A DNA stretch of 64,000 nucleotides, taken from Schizosaccharomyces osmophilus. Taxonomy: Eukaryota. The position numbers were made by a program, and so were the translations under genes. Shown one piece after another: positions 37,839 to 50,812 of this stretch; position 1 is the stretch's first letter; the number at the start of each line of letters is the position of its first letter. The notes beneath the pieces are model-generated. The model was not told where the DNA came from and ran no database searches. It was given only the letters and a program-made list of their open reading frames with translations. Location: positions 2,232,001 to 2,296,000 of the forward strand of contig NC_079238.1 of NCBI RefSeq assembly GCF_027921745.1, read 5' to 3'.

Positions 37839-40800
37839 CTAGTCAGAAAAAGGGTTTTTTAAGGTAATTAACGAAAGTGAATACGTAGAAGAAGTGTCAG
37901 CAAACATAAAGACATCCACTTGCTGACCAGGACGAATTGTTTGTACAAAATCAGGCTCTTTTATACGCAAACTATGAAGACGTTCTACCGCAGCATCTTC
38001 ATAGGATTCTGGAGGTACGTCCGACGTTAAAGTATCACGAGAACTTTCATTGGTCTCATCACTTTCAGCAATATTGATCAAATCATACAATCCACGACCT
38101 GACAAGTCACAAATTTGTTTGCAAGATCCATTGGAATCCAAATATTTTTTCTTGAAGTTACTATAGCAGGTACTGTCAATTTCTAAAGAAGAAGTGGCAT
38201 AATAAAAAGAAGGAGAGGGCTTCCTCCACGAAACAGTTAATTCCATAGTTTGGTCATTAAAGTCGCAGCTGTTCAGAGGTAAAAGATCCAAATAAATCCT
38301 TCTTTCAAGACCCAACTCGTAGACGACTAAATCAATGTAAGATTGATCAGTGGCTATTACGAAAGCTTTAAGCTGAATAAGACCGGAGCGAGAATTAATT
38401 ATCTGGCTTACTTCACAAAGCTTGGCATGAATGCTCTTTTCTTGAGCATATCGATAAAAGTTGCTCAATGTGTTACAAGACTGAGTGACTGAAAGTAAAC
38501 TCTTATAATCCTTTGAAAAATCTGGACGACCTTCAAAGGCCTCATGAAGCTGACGCTGTACACAAATGTCGATGTAACGACGAGTAGGGTGACAAAAGTG
38601 AGTGTAACAAGGACTAGCGAAAGCAAAATGCGATACATCTTTATCATTAGATATACCCACGGTATACTCAGACTCTGATGCGAGTCTTTTTAAGTTTAGT
38701 TGCAGTAATCTCTGAAGATTCTTATCGTTTATGGTCGCCAAAGCGGCCATAAATTCAGTAGATGAAGATTCTACTGTGAGAGGAAACCCTGCTCGGCGGG
38801 CTGCACGAACAGCGGCGTCCAAATTATTCGGACGAGAGCTTTTTCTCAGAACGACCTTGTTTGGAAAAATACTCATCAAATGAGAAGCAGTTTTCTCATT
38901 GATCCAGTGCTCAATTTGTTGCAAAGCACAAACAACTGGATAAGTTTCAAAAACATTCATATTCAAGTCTTGAATGCCGCTGAGCTGGTCATCAAGGAAG
39001 CCAAAACAATAAAGAGGTTGTAAATTAACATCCTCTTTTGTCTGTAGTCTTAGTTTTGTAAGTACTTTAGCACTTTTCTCAAGTAATTGAAGAGCTTCAT
39101 TTGATTGTATATTAGCCTGAGCAGTTTCAAGACTGATGTAGGATGAAGGACGAATCACGGAAGGTCCTAAAGAGCATTGCAGTACGGTTTCAGATTTTAG
39201 ATCCAACTGTATAACGATACTGATTGCAAGACAATCAAGACCAGTTGTAAGAGACACCTCTTCAGTAACTTTCTTCGGTAAGAAAGGAACAGAACCTTGT
39301 AAAAGCTGAACTTGGGAAACACGATTCGCAGCCTCATCGTCGATGGGCATATCTTGTTTAATACTGCTAGCGACGTCTGTCACATGGAAGCCTAAAATGA
39401 TAACTCCCTCAGATGGGCCAGTGTCAATGTGAATTGCATAGTCACGAGTTCCCACCATGAATGTCAGCTTATCTCGTAGATCATACCGATTATTTAGTTC
39501 TTCTGGAGAAACCGGACTAGGTAATCGTTTTATACTGTATGAGAGGGATTCAGGAAACTCATAAACACGACAACTATAATCGTGAAGAATAGCGGTAAAT
39601 TCAACCTTTGAATCACCCACTTTTCCAATGCTTTCGTACAATGTACCAAATGGATGCAAAGATGTTGTAGGCCATCGCTTGATACCAGCTAAGAAAACCA
39701 GATCCTTGAATTCATCATTATTAGTGAAAAACTTAGGTGGTACCTGATCACTAGATATAGCAATTAATGGAATCCTTTTATCACTTGGTTTAAACCAAAC
39801 AATTTTTGGACCCTTACCACTTTCTCCACTAGAAGTTGATGAATTTCGGCGATGAGATGATTGGTTTTTGGACGCAAGGCTGTTAGGCCGATACAAGGCC
39901 AATGTACCTGAACAAGTATCTCCGCTTGGACGATCAAGAATAGCGACAATATGACCGGCATACTTTGGAAGATTTTCTTGGTTTAAAGAAATGTCATCGA
40001 CAAATGAAAGGCTTTGTCCGGTTACTTCGTAATCATTCTTCCGCTTCTCGATGGATCTTTCGAAAGCCAAAGCTCCTTTGTTCATCCCTAAAGCCATTGG
40101 TGTGCCAATAGACATCATTTTTGCTTTACTATTCACCGATGACTTTGAAGTACCAGAAAGAGAGAGATTTCGGCGAATTTTCTTTTCTTCTTTTTCTCGT
40201 TTCGTTTGCAATATTTCATTTACATCAAGAAGTTCGACGGCAACCAAGTCACCTTCCAAGGTACGATTACGGTCTTTCGATCCACAAATGAATATGTAAT
40301 CATCAAGGGCGTCCGTAATAACATATGCATCGGATCGATTTTTGCGATTTATATGTAATGTTCCAACAAGAAGTCTTCCAGTACTTATAAATTTAGGAAG
40401 AGAAGCCTGGGGTAAATAAGGTAGAAAAAGATTCTTATGCTGCTGAGCAGCTGCGGAAACCGATACCCGTTTTCCAGAATTGTTAAAATTCAAGAAAGAG
40501 CTTTGTGGAAGAGAAGCACCGTCTGTCGAATGGTTAATGTACGACTGCTGAGAGGCAGTGGAGAGGGGCATTTGCACAGGTACATGCGTCGTCGGAGATT
40601 CAGGTTCCATGTAAACGCTTTCTTGAAGCGAGCGAGCAGAGAGGGGAGATTCCATCGGCGACTGTTGCCATTCAAAATTACCTTCAATTGGTTTCAACGG
40701 TGTTAAAAAATTCGCACTTTTTGGGGAAACAGGAGAGAGCGACTCGTTTCCAACAGATGAACGACGTCTGATACGAGTTGGGGGAATTCCACCCATTCCA

Positions 40801-41388
40801 CCCATCACGTTGGAGCGTTGACTAGTAGCGTGCATTCCAGGACCAAACGCATCAAAGGATTCCTTGGCGGGGCTAAAAAAGGATTCTGTTCGAGTCTTAA
40901 CTGAAGGACTTGGCAATTCGGCGGAACCAGCACTTGGAGGAGACTGCATTTGACGCGCACCAATAGGGGCAATGGGATTAAGTCTTGGTAATAGTAAGCT
41001 TTCCCGTCTTTTAGGATTGGAAAAAGGATTTGCCTGGAAAGGAGAGGTTAAATTTGTTTGTGTAAAGTTTTCATTCTCTGCCAGAGGTTGAGATTGAGAT
41101 TGCTGTTGCAATTGCAATGCCTGCAAGTACTCAATTTGAGATTGAATTACATCTGGGGCTATTAAAACACGTTAGTAATGTTAAGCAAAAAGCTCATCCT
41201 CTTAATGGGCTACCATATATAATAAAACTTGTTGACGAAAGTTCATTTTCTTTTAAGCCGGCACTAAGAGAGATGAATGTTATTTTTTAAAACATACCTA
41301 AAGGAGGAATACCTCCCATTCTCTGATTTGATGAAGAAGAAGGAGGAGGTCGACCACTAGCTTCTGATCGCTTCCAGTGAGGATCCAT
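37839..41388 (-). CDS. RNase II/RNB-family pseudonuclease, Sts5/Ssd1-like (SPBC609.01-like). Exons 41388-41298, 41158-37839
   Basis: LFLPYLPQASLP, INRKNRSDAYV, IFICGSKDRNRTLEGDLVAVELL, PKIVWFKPSDKRIPLIAI, WPTTSLHPFG (Ssd1 cold-shock domains); degenerate RNB motif YTHFCHPTRRYID; GTATGT..TACTAAC..TAG intron. Confidence 0.88.
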
Positions 41389-43577
41389 AGAGAAAAAAGG
41401 GATCTAGAAAAGAACAAATTCAAGGAAACAACGAAAACAGAATATTACTTATTGAAAATTAGAAGGATTAGGAAAATGCGAAAGTAATACAATAGTAAAT
41501 GTACACTGATAGAGAGTGAAAGCAGGAATAGCGTATTCAAAAAACAAAAACTTGAAGTAAAGTCTCTGAAAGAGTTAGAAAACGCAGAAAAAATCAGCTT
41601 TTCGGAAATAAAACAAAAATAGGTAGACGTTTTGTACGGTCCCAAAATAACACAGAGAAATCCAAAAAGGTCAAACAGCGAAAATGATTACAAACCCACG
41701 TACGTACACAGAGAGGGAAAGAGAATGATAGAGAGAGGGTGAGAGAGCGAGAGAATGTCGGAGAGTTCGATATACAGAATACAACGAATAAATCGTCGTT
41801 TCCTTTTAAGGACTACTTATGCAGACAAGAGAACGGTATGCGAAAACCGAGCGAAATCGTTCCACCAAAGGGGGAAAACCAAGAACAGAGTACCAGCCTC
41901 GAAATGAAAAAGAATAATACCTCTTTAGTTATCGGAATTACAGGAATTACAGGTAGAAAAGATCAGGAAGAGGAAAATTCTTACGAGGGATGAATAGCCT
42001 CGGGGTCCAAAGAGTATGGCTGACAAGTAAACTTTAAATGAAAGAAACCAGTAAATTAATGCTGTTACTGTTTTTTTCTTTACCCATCGACAATGACGGT
42101 TTAGTCACGTATCTGATGAACAGTTAGATGCTCCAAAGGTTATGAGAGCAAATGAGTCAACAATGATGCTATAGGAAGGTAATAAGTACTGGAAGTACGG
42201 TAAACGCAAATAATTAATCAAAAAAGCCAAAAAAAAGTTCAATTGCCAAGTTCTGACAGGAAGAAGGAAATGCAAAGAAAACTGTCGAAACGTATGTGAC
42301 ACCGACAAAAGCACAAGGTTTCGTATTTTATCACAATGATTATAAGTTTTTAGAAAGAAATAAGATGTCCAGTTGGCAAAAAGGGCTTAAGATATTAACG
42401 ACAACAAGGTAAATAATTCGGCGATTCCAAAAAATGAAGGAAAATGTATCTTAATGGCACACTAAGAAATAGAGTGGTCAATGTTGAAGTCTTAAATTAA
42501 GATGCAAGAATTTAGCAGAGGGAGGAACAAAATCGTTTCGCAATTTTTTTCATTTATATACACCCTGGTGCTTGATAGGAATACCCTAATAACAATAGTA
42601 TCCGAGTTCTTGCCCCAAGGCAATGGATGCATCCAAATATACATCTAACCCCAGGTTGTGGCATTTAAGTTTGGCACTGCGATCCCACTAATGACCGCAA
42701 TTGTCCATCACTGTCATTTTATTTTTTGACTTCTATCTGCAGCGATTCATTGTTGTAAACCTCATTACGTCGATCATATAAAACCAATTCGGAGTCTTCT
42801 TACCATGATGATCATCCATGTCATTTTCAATTTCAGAATTTACAGTAAGTGGCCAATACGCAATTGCTAAACGATTTTGGTATTACGGTTGAGTGAAGCG
42901 AAGGCTTTCGTTCGAAGACAATTTTTACGTCCTACTCTGCAAAACCAAGTATAATTCTATGCTTCTGATCGTAAAACGTCCTTAAGATTGTAGTTCATCT
43001 AGGGCGAGAGAGTAGTTCCATAAGAGGAGATGACTGAAAAAGGAAACAAGGAAATTAAAGGGTTGGGATGCCTTAAAGAAGCCTCCATCGTAGTCTGTTC
43101 ATAGTGGGTTCTTTCTATATATTAGTTTTAGGTTGATTCGATCAAAAGAAAGAAAACTCGATTTCAAGTTTTGGGGTATGGTTATGTTCAAATAAAAAAA
43201 TCCAAGGGTGCGGCCTGGCCTCCCTTTGGATAGTTGAGACTAAGATACAAACGGTATTGCGCTATCAATAAGAAAGCACGACTTTGTCTTCATTCGAATC
43301 CTCTTTATTTTTCAATGCCTGTTTCTCGGTTTCATTCCTTTAGTTTTTGATAATTGCTGTTTATTTTTTCAATATTTAACACACCCCATAGGTGTTCAGA
43401 TGAAAAGTTTCATAAGCATTCTCTAGTTTTTTTGTTATTGCTACATAATCGGTGTTTTATATATTCTCCTACCGACAGTTTGATTTTTGCATCGGAAAAC
43501 TTGATGATTGCTTGCTCTTACATGAAACAAAGTTCCTTTTATGCAGAATCCATATTTTATTGATCATTAGGATCCGT

Positions 43578-43946
<369 letters not shown>

Positions 43947-43984
43947 CTACTTCCTTCCTTTCTTTACTAGTTTTGACAATATTT

Positions 43985-44012
43985 CGTGACTGTTTTTAAA
44001 TAACCCTACCCT
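43985..44012. promoter_or_regulatory. Homol D and Homol E boxes of the rpl36 promoter
   Basis: CGTGACTG (43985-43992) and ACCCTACCCT (44003-44012), both matching consensus. Confidence 0.88.
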
Positions 44013-44756
44013 AAGCAATGCACTTGGCAATTTCGCCTTCAGTTAGGGATGAATAGGATGTGTTTGACTCATAAAGAACATGATTTCATGTTTCTTCTTT
44101 TTTTATTAGTTTATTTCTTTGTTTATTACTGATTTTTTAAATGGACTTTGGACCTTCAAACGCAATATATAATTTTCTTTACCCAATCGTTCATACCATT
44201 GATTCATATTCTTTTCTTATTTTCACGTAAACTAAGTTTAGTACTGATGAAAACGTCCAGTAGTCATCTACAATGTTGTAGTATTCATAATAAAGATGTG
44301 TATACTTGCTTTTTTTCCATGCAACTCATTTAGCGTTTGTAACAAAACAAAATTAAAAGCAGAATCTTTCTTCACCCTCTACATTCGACGATAAACAGAT
44401 ATGTTCAATCTAATGATTTGTAAACACTCATCCTTAAACCCTGTGGCCTTCATTCTTGTAACAAATGAGTTTGCTTCAAGTTCAATACATCGTCCAAATT
44501 TCCAACCGAATATTAGATCTTACTGCAAAATCCCGTTTCAGTCGAATCCACCGATGTCACAATGAATGAATTATCATTACTTAAACTATAACCATACAAA
44601 GAGGATAAGCCGACAGATAATAAATGCAATGATGACAAAAAGTCATGGACACATTTCAAGAACTTTCAGAATTTTAGATCATACAGTTACTCTTTTGAGG
44701 AGGGAAATCCCAGTATATATTGCAACTGTCGCGCTTCCAATATATCACTACAACGT

Positions 44757-45983
44757 CTATTGAGCCGTGCATTCTGGCACAGATTGAAATTCTTCTTCGG
44801 CAAACTGATTTTCAAAACGAGCGCTGCCCCCAAAATTCGAAACGTCTCCAAGGGATCCAGTCACGGAGTCTACAATAGCGTCTTCGGGTACGGGAACTCG
44901 CTTGGAACAATCAGGCAGGATATTTTGTAACGATTGCATCGACTTTTTATCCAAAGAGTTATCTCTTGGAAATTCTATTTCTACTTCCAAGTAAAGATCA
45001 CCACGTAAATCCGCTCGTTCACCTCGGTACATTCCTTCACCTGGTATGACAATACAGTTACCTGGTCGAAGTATCTTTCCGGCAGGCTGGCAATATTCCA
45101 GTATACGACCATCCAATGTAGTTACTACCGCTCTCTTGAAACCTACCAAAGCTTCAGCGAGGCTGATTTGAAGTTTAGCCTTTAAATCATCACCCACGCG
45201 CTCAAATACAGGGTGAGGAATCTGTCGAAGGCGCAAGACAACATCCCCCGGAGTCATTCCCAAAGCTTCATCGGCCATTTCTGGCTGAACAACCTTGTCG
45301 GTTTCTTTCGCAGAACAACGAATGTTAAAGTTAAGAACTCGTTTTTCACCAACGACTCCACTGCCTTTACAGTATTTACAGCGGTCTTTGGTTCTAAAAC
45401 TTGATCCTTTCCCACTGCAATCCCCACATGCAGATTGCTGTGTAGTTACATGATGAGGACCAACTCTATGAAGGTGTTGTCGCATGCCTTTTCCACCACA
45501 AGACAAGCAAGGTCGTTCTTTAGCAAATCGTTTTCCGCCTTTACCTTGGCAATGAGGACATATTACGTTTCTGGTAGCACGCAGCTTGACTTCTTTCCCT
45601 TTGAACATGTCTTCTAACGAAATCTCATAGTCGTGAACAACATCTGAGCCTCGACGCTTTCGCTGCCCCGACGCACCTTGCGCACCAAAGTTCATACCAA
45701 ACATTTGGGCCAAAACGTCATTAATGTCTACTCCAGTTTGTGAGTCATGACCTTCCTGCTCAAGGCCGTGTATATCATACATTTCTCGAGAACTTGGCTC
45801 TCGCAGCACATCGTAGGCAGTTTGTATATCACGAAATCTAGCTGCTGCATCTTCTCGTTCGGATTCTGCTACCTTGTCGGGATGATTTAGCAAGGCCAGT
45901 TTTTTGTAACGTTTCTTAATTTCCTCCGCAGAAGCAGTGGGGTCTACTTCAAGGATATCATATAGAGAAGTATCAACAACCAT
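44757..45983 (-). CDS. xdj1: Type I DnaJ/Hsp40 Xdj1 with C-terminal CaaX (CTAQ)
   Basis: J domain with HPD, four CxxCxGxG repeats, terminal CTAQ. Confidence 0.9.
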   Translation of the reverse strand: MVVDTSLYDILEVDPTASAEEIKKRYKKLALLNHPDKVAESEREDAAARFRDIQTAYDVLREPSSREMYDIHGLEQEGHDSQTGVDINDVLAQMFGMNFGAQGASGQRKRRGSDVVHDYEISLEDMFKGKEVKLRATRNVICPHCQGKGGKRFAKERPCLSCGGKGMRQHLHRVGPHHVTTQQSACGDCSGKGSSFRTKDRCKYCKGSGVVGEKRVLNFNIRCSAKETDKVVQPEMADEALGMTPGDVVLRLRQIPHPVFERVGDDLKAKLQISLAEALVGFKRAVVTTLDGRILEYCQPAGKILRPGNCIVIPGEGMYRGERADLRGDLYLEVEIEFPRDNSLDKKSMQSLQNILPDCSKRVPVPEDAIVDSVTGSLGDVSNFGGSARFENQFAEEEFQSVPECTAQ

Positions 45984-46556
45984 GATTGTTGTTTAAAAGA
46001 TTGATTCTTTCTACAGGACTATCGAATGGAAGGTGGTTTGCAAATTGGGCAGTACAGAATACAACCTTTTGCCCAGTTAAACAAAAAGGGTTTTTTAGTT
46101 AAAAAGAACGGATTCCTCTAAAGCGAGTATTCTCTGCAAGAGAATCAAACTAAAGTTGTTCGTGGTTATATATCAAACGAAAAGATTTGAAAATATGTCG
46201 TTTCAATTATCAAATTAGACAATATTATGCAAATGAAAAGCTGCTGGTTTTGCCCAAATGGGAAAAGTCGTAGAACCTCTTCCTCTTGTATTACCATGTG
46301 TCTGGAGGTGTTAACGAGTTTATCCTTGAAATGCGTAATCCCCAAAAGCTGGACGAAGTTAGAAAAAAAGGATCTATTGCTTAGCAGAAAGTGAACAAGA
46401 AGTCTTATGAAACGGCATGAAAGGCCTGAAATGCTGAAAGGTTTATGCACCAACGCTCAGTCTCCCAAAACCTGTAGACAAAAGAAATTTCCAAGCATGG
46501 GTGATACAAAAGCTTCGAGGCCATTCGCAAGTCATTTGAAGATCTCCTTGAGTCAC

Positions 46557-47000
46557 TCATGAACCTGCTGATTTACGTTCGAGGGAAGTCATTTCGAGTT
46601 GGAGTGCCAATAGTTCATCTTGCAAACGATGAATGCGTTTGTCCTTTTCAACGTTCAGTTCCTTCTGCAAGGAAAGCTGCTTTTCCAAAAGCAAGTTTTC
46701 TTGTAGCTGTTGTTTATAGGTAAATTGTGATTTTTGCATGTTCCTTTGATACAATTCGCAAGTGCGTCGGAGCGACCGAAGTTCATCGGTCATGGCTTGA
46801 AGCGACATGGACGGAGCACCCAGGTGGAGAGATGGTCTTTCATCTTCCTTAAGAGGTTCTTTTTCATCCACATCTGGTTCTCTTTGATTGAGGGACAGCG
46901 TTGAGTGAAATAGCTCCGTGTATGGTTCAATGACTTGAACATAGGCTTTTTCACGACAATCTCGCTGCTTGAGCTTTTCCACAAGGTCAAGTTTTTCCAT
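46557..47000 (-). CDS. atg16: Autophagy protein Atg16 (coiled coil)
   Basis: ATG at 47000; LVEKLKQRDCREKAY N-terminal helix; LQDELLALQLE coiled-coil motif; recalled synteny. Confidence 0.8.
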   Translation of the reverse strand: MEKLDLVEKLKQRDCREKAYVQVIEPYTELFHSTLSLNQREPDVDEKEPLKEDERPSLHLGAPSMSLQAMTDELRSLRRTCELYQRNMQKSQFTYKQQLQENLLLEKQLSLQKELNVEKDKRIHRLQDELLALQLEMTSLERKSAGS

Positions 47001-47461
47001 TCTGATCCTTGTTAAAAAATTCTGTTTTCTGTACAAACAAGGCGAGATGAATCCTTTCCATGCACTCGAAAGTTTGGCACGCTGGTTGGTTTGCTTTCAA
47101 ATGTTCGACGACTTCTTAATGTTAGTTGTTCATTGAAGAAAAAGATTGTCAGAACCTTGCAGCAACATGAACCCTTCTAATCCTTCTTTCTCTTTGCTTT
47201 TGTATAAGCAGCATGCGCCGTGTAAACAGTGGTTTGTGTTCAAAGGCCACGCAAATAGTGATAGGCAGCGACATCGGTAAACAAATACCGATATGGTATG
47301 AGGAATTTGCTATTTAATATGACATGAAGTAAGGAGCCTTTGTAGCCAGCGAGAAGCACAACCAGATATCCTTTACTTGACATTAAAGTTGCTCGGATCA
47401 GAAAAGTTACTGCTTCCATTTACAAAGCAAGAGAACTCTATTGTTTTATTCTACAAAAGAA

Positions 47462-48316
47462 ATGACTGGCAGGAAGAAACATTTGCTGAAGGTGATTATC
47501 CTTGGTGAAAGCGGTGTAGGAAAGACATCGATCATGAATCAGGTACGTTGTTCTTCTTTTTAGGTCTCCTTTGTCGGTTTTGCAATCTTTGTTGGATCGC
47601 AATGCTTGCTTGGGACGCTTCTGTGGCATCTGGACCCGACGACATAACAAAGAAGCCACTTTTGATAGAAAGCTGCGATAGAAGCTAATATATATTCATG
47701 TAGTATGTCAACAAGAAGTTCAGCAAAGATTATAAGGCCACCATTGGTGCTGATTTTCTAACCAAAGAAGTCCTGGTGGATGACAAGGTGGTTACTTTGC
47801 AACTATGGGACACTGCTGGACAAGAACGTTTCCAAAGTTTAGGTGTTGCCTTTTACCGTGGAGCTGACTGCTGTGTGCTCGTGTACGATGTGAATAATAG
47901 CAAATCCTTTGAAACCTTGGACAGTTGGCGCGACGAATTCCTTATTCAAGCTTCCCCAAGCAATCCGGAAACGTTTCCTTTCATTCTGATTGGCAACAAA
48001 GTAGACGTGGAAGAAAAGAAGAGAATGGTATGAATTGTTCAAGGAGTCCTTGACTTTTGCAGTTTCGGATTTGAAGCATCTTCATTTAACACAAATTCCT
48101 TAGGTTTCGAAATCGAGGGCCCAAGCTTATTGCCAAGATAAAGGGGAAATTCCATACTTTGAAACCAGCGCTAAGGAGGCTGTCAACGTTCAAGAAGCCT
48201 TCCAATCCGTTGCTCGTCTGGCTTTGGAGAACTCGGATGCGGAAGACGCTGCTGGTGATTTTGCTGATCCTATTCACTTGGATATGGAAAGTCAAAAGGC
48301 TACTTGCTCTTGCTAA
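47462..48316 (+). CDS. ypt7: Rab7 GTPase Ypt7. Exons 47462-47542, 47704-48027, 48104-48316
   Basis: [48 protein letters not shown]-terminal CSC. Confidence 0.97.
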
Positions 48317-49176
48317 TTTACGTTCCAATTCCCATTATTCTACGCGTCTCCTGATCATACCTCTATTATCATTTAATGAAGACCCAAACTATGACAAGCT
48401 GTTTTTATTTTTTATGCTAAACGCCGTTTGCTTGTTTTTTCTTTTTCATTGATGACAATTCTCTTCAAAAAGTATACGTCAAAAAGTTCGGAATCATGAT
48501 TGATTGTGGGCATCCTTTTCACTTCGTTTTTCCGTCAGTTTTCACGTTGTTTATTAATGATTCAAGACTTTATACACTCACAATCCCTTGTCCTTTACTT
48601 TTTTAAATCTGATTGCTTTTGAAAGGTTTACATCAAGCGCTATTACACAAACATATGTCCTTTGTATAGTTCACTTCCCCGTCAAGTTCTTCTCATGTTC
48701 GCCAATTTGGCTTGAAATTTATGGGTGTCACCCTGGCTTTCCATAACCATTTATAGTTTCATATACTTCTTTTCCTCATACTCATATAAATGCTAAACAA
48801 ACTAAACTATTTACGCTGCACAAGCTACAGGTCTTTTCAACGGTCTATACGTAAAACCAGCAATTTTTTTCTATAGCTTTCATTATTTTCTTTTCTTTAT
48901 GTATAAAAGGAATAAATAAATCGGTTTTGGAGCGCATTCACAGTATGTGTTTACCATTATCTATTTTCGTTTTGCAATTGTGGGACTTACCAGAGCAATT
49001 ATCGTGTTTCATGACATACTCTGCACAACCAATTTTTCTGGTCATTTCTTTTTCTTTTATATGATTTCTAACATAGCTTACATCCATTTCTTTTTGTATT
49101 GTTGATTTTATTGCCAGACAATCCTCTAAATTCACATTTCTTACAGGCTTGCTGAGTAGAAGACATTTTATTTATT

Positions 49177-50202
49177 ATGTGCTATCAACTTAGCAGAAAA
49201 CATGCTACTGGCGTGAGCCTGTTGCTTTTTGTAGTTTTCTTGTGGCTCATTAGCTCTTTTTTTACGAATAATTTACTGAATGACCCTGGTTTCTTCAATC
49301 CATTTTTTATTACATATTTGAACACCGGTACGTTTGTGTTCTATTTGATCCCATGGTACCTTTTCGAGAGAAATGATTTGAAAAAAGATATTACAACCCA
49401 TGCTTCTGTTTATGAATCATTGGACGGAACCCAAAATCCGCACGCCTATGTTCGAAACAGGCCTATGACGGTTCGACAAACCGCCTCACTTAGCTTAGGC
49501 TTCTGTATCATATGGTTTGCTGCTAACTATTTCAGCAATGGCTCTTTGGCGTTCACGAATGTTGCCTCCTTTACCATTATATCTAGCATGAGTGGATTTT
49601 TCACTCTGGGTTTGGGAGCCATTTTTAACGTAGAAAAATTTACTTTTGTCAAGCTACTGGCCTTATTAGCGAGTGTCGGAGGTGTGATTCTGGTCGTGAT
49701 CCAAGATTCAAAGCAAGAACCTGGCAGGGATAATAGTCCTTCTCAACCAGCGTTGGGAAACACTTTTGCATTATTAGCTGCCTTTCTATATGGCTGCTAT
49801 TCCGTTCTAGTGAAGTTTCACGTTACAGAAGAAAACTATGTTTCAATGCGTTTGTTTTTTGGCTTGGTGGGACTATTTGACATTATTTTGCTGTGGCCAT
49901 TCTTAATCTTACTACATTACTATGGAGTGGAAAAATTCCAGCTTCCTTCTACTAGTAGTGGAAATGCAATCTTGCTTTTGAATGCTGGTATAACTTTTGT
50001 TTCCGATTATCTGTGGGTTATTGCTATGCTAATGACTAGCCCATTATTGGTAACTCTTGGAATGAGCCTCAGTATACCGTTAGCTTTGTTCTTTGATATA
50101 ATACTCAAAGGTCACTATCTCAATTTCACATTAATTTTCGGGTCTCTTCTGGTCTTCGCAGGGTTTATCGTTGTAAATTATAACCAAACGACCTACCTTT
50201 AA
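49177..50202 (+). CDS. EamA/DMT transporter, SLC35F5/Thi74-like (SPBC405.03c-like)
   Basis: About ten hydrophobic segments; FCIIWFAANY, TNVASFTIISSMSGFFTL, SDYLWVIAMLMTSPLLVTLGMSLSIPLA. Confidence 0.88.
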   Translation: MCYQLSRKHATGVSLLLFVVFLWLISSFFTNNLLNDPGFFNPFFITYLNTGTFVFYLIPWYLFERNDLKKDITTHASVYESLDGTQNPHAYVRNRPMTVRQTASLSLGFCIIWFAANYFSNGSLAFTNVASFTIISSMSGFFTLGLGAIFNVEKFTFVKLLALLASVGGVILVVIQDSKQEPGRDNSPSQPALGNTFALLAAFLYGCYSVLVKFHVTEENYVSMRLFFGLVGLFDIILLWPFLILLHYYGVEKFQLPSTSSGNAILLLNAGITFVSDYLWVIAMLMTSPLLVTLGMSLSIPLALFFDIILKGHYLNFTLIFGSLLVFAGFIVVNYNQTTYL

Positions 50203-50812
50203 GAGCTTTTCCGAACGTCGTTTATATCAAATTTGTCTTTATATACGTTATTCTTTGATAAATAGGTTTTATTTATTTACATTAGACACTCTTTCTTTTT
50301 TTGGGCAGCGCCCAAAGACTTTGTGAGTTATGGAATCTGTATGCCAAATCAATATTTATTCTTCTTTACTTGCTTTTTTATTCTTCATGATTCTTTCTTT
50401 AACTAATTAAATATCCTTGCTTACTTTGCAAACGTATGGTTCTCGTATACTCGTTTCCAATCTCCCTATATTCAGTAATCCAGCGTAGTAGTCTATCCTT
50501 TACCACCCTCAAGCCAATTATAAACTAACCAACATGAACTAGTGAGTGTTTTTTTGTCATTGATTTGTTTTCTTCCTTAGTCTTTGTTGTTTCTGTTTCT
50601 ATACATTTCATTTTCATCGTGTTTAATACCTGACTACTCTCATATCCTTCTTTACAACCTTTTTCCTTCTTCGAATACTTATCTATTTTATTTATCTATT
50701 ATTATATTGTTTAAGGAATTACTACTTAGACTTCGTTTCGTTGTACCGTTTCTGTTTCTTATCCATTGTTGAGCAATCAATCATCAGTGATAATAATAAA
50801 TATTCGCGTCTT

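Noticed and set aside
41404..41475. Possible 5'-UTR intron acceptor (CTAAT...TTTTCTAG) just upstream of the RNB-family ATG
   Set aside because: Another AG lies between the branch candidates and this acceptor, and I could not assign a donor with confidence.
46166..46453. Small ORFs between xdj1 and atg16, and other 60-140 aa intergenic ORFs (e.g. 29698-29883, 37342-37704, 55531-55959)
   Set aside because: Often non-ATG starts, residue composition reflecting AT-rich UTR sequence, no motifs and no splice support.
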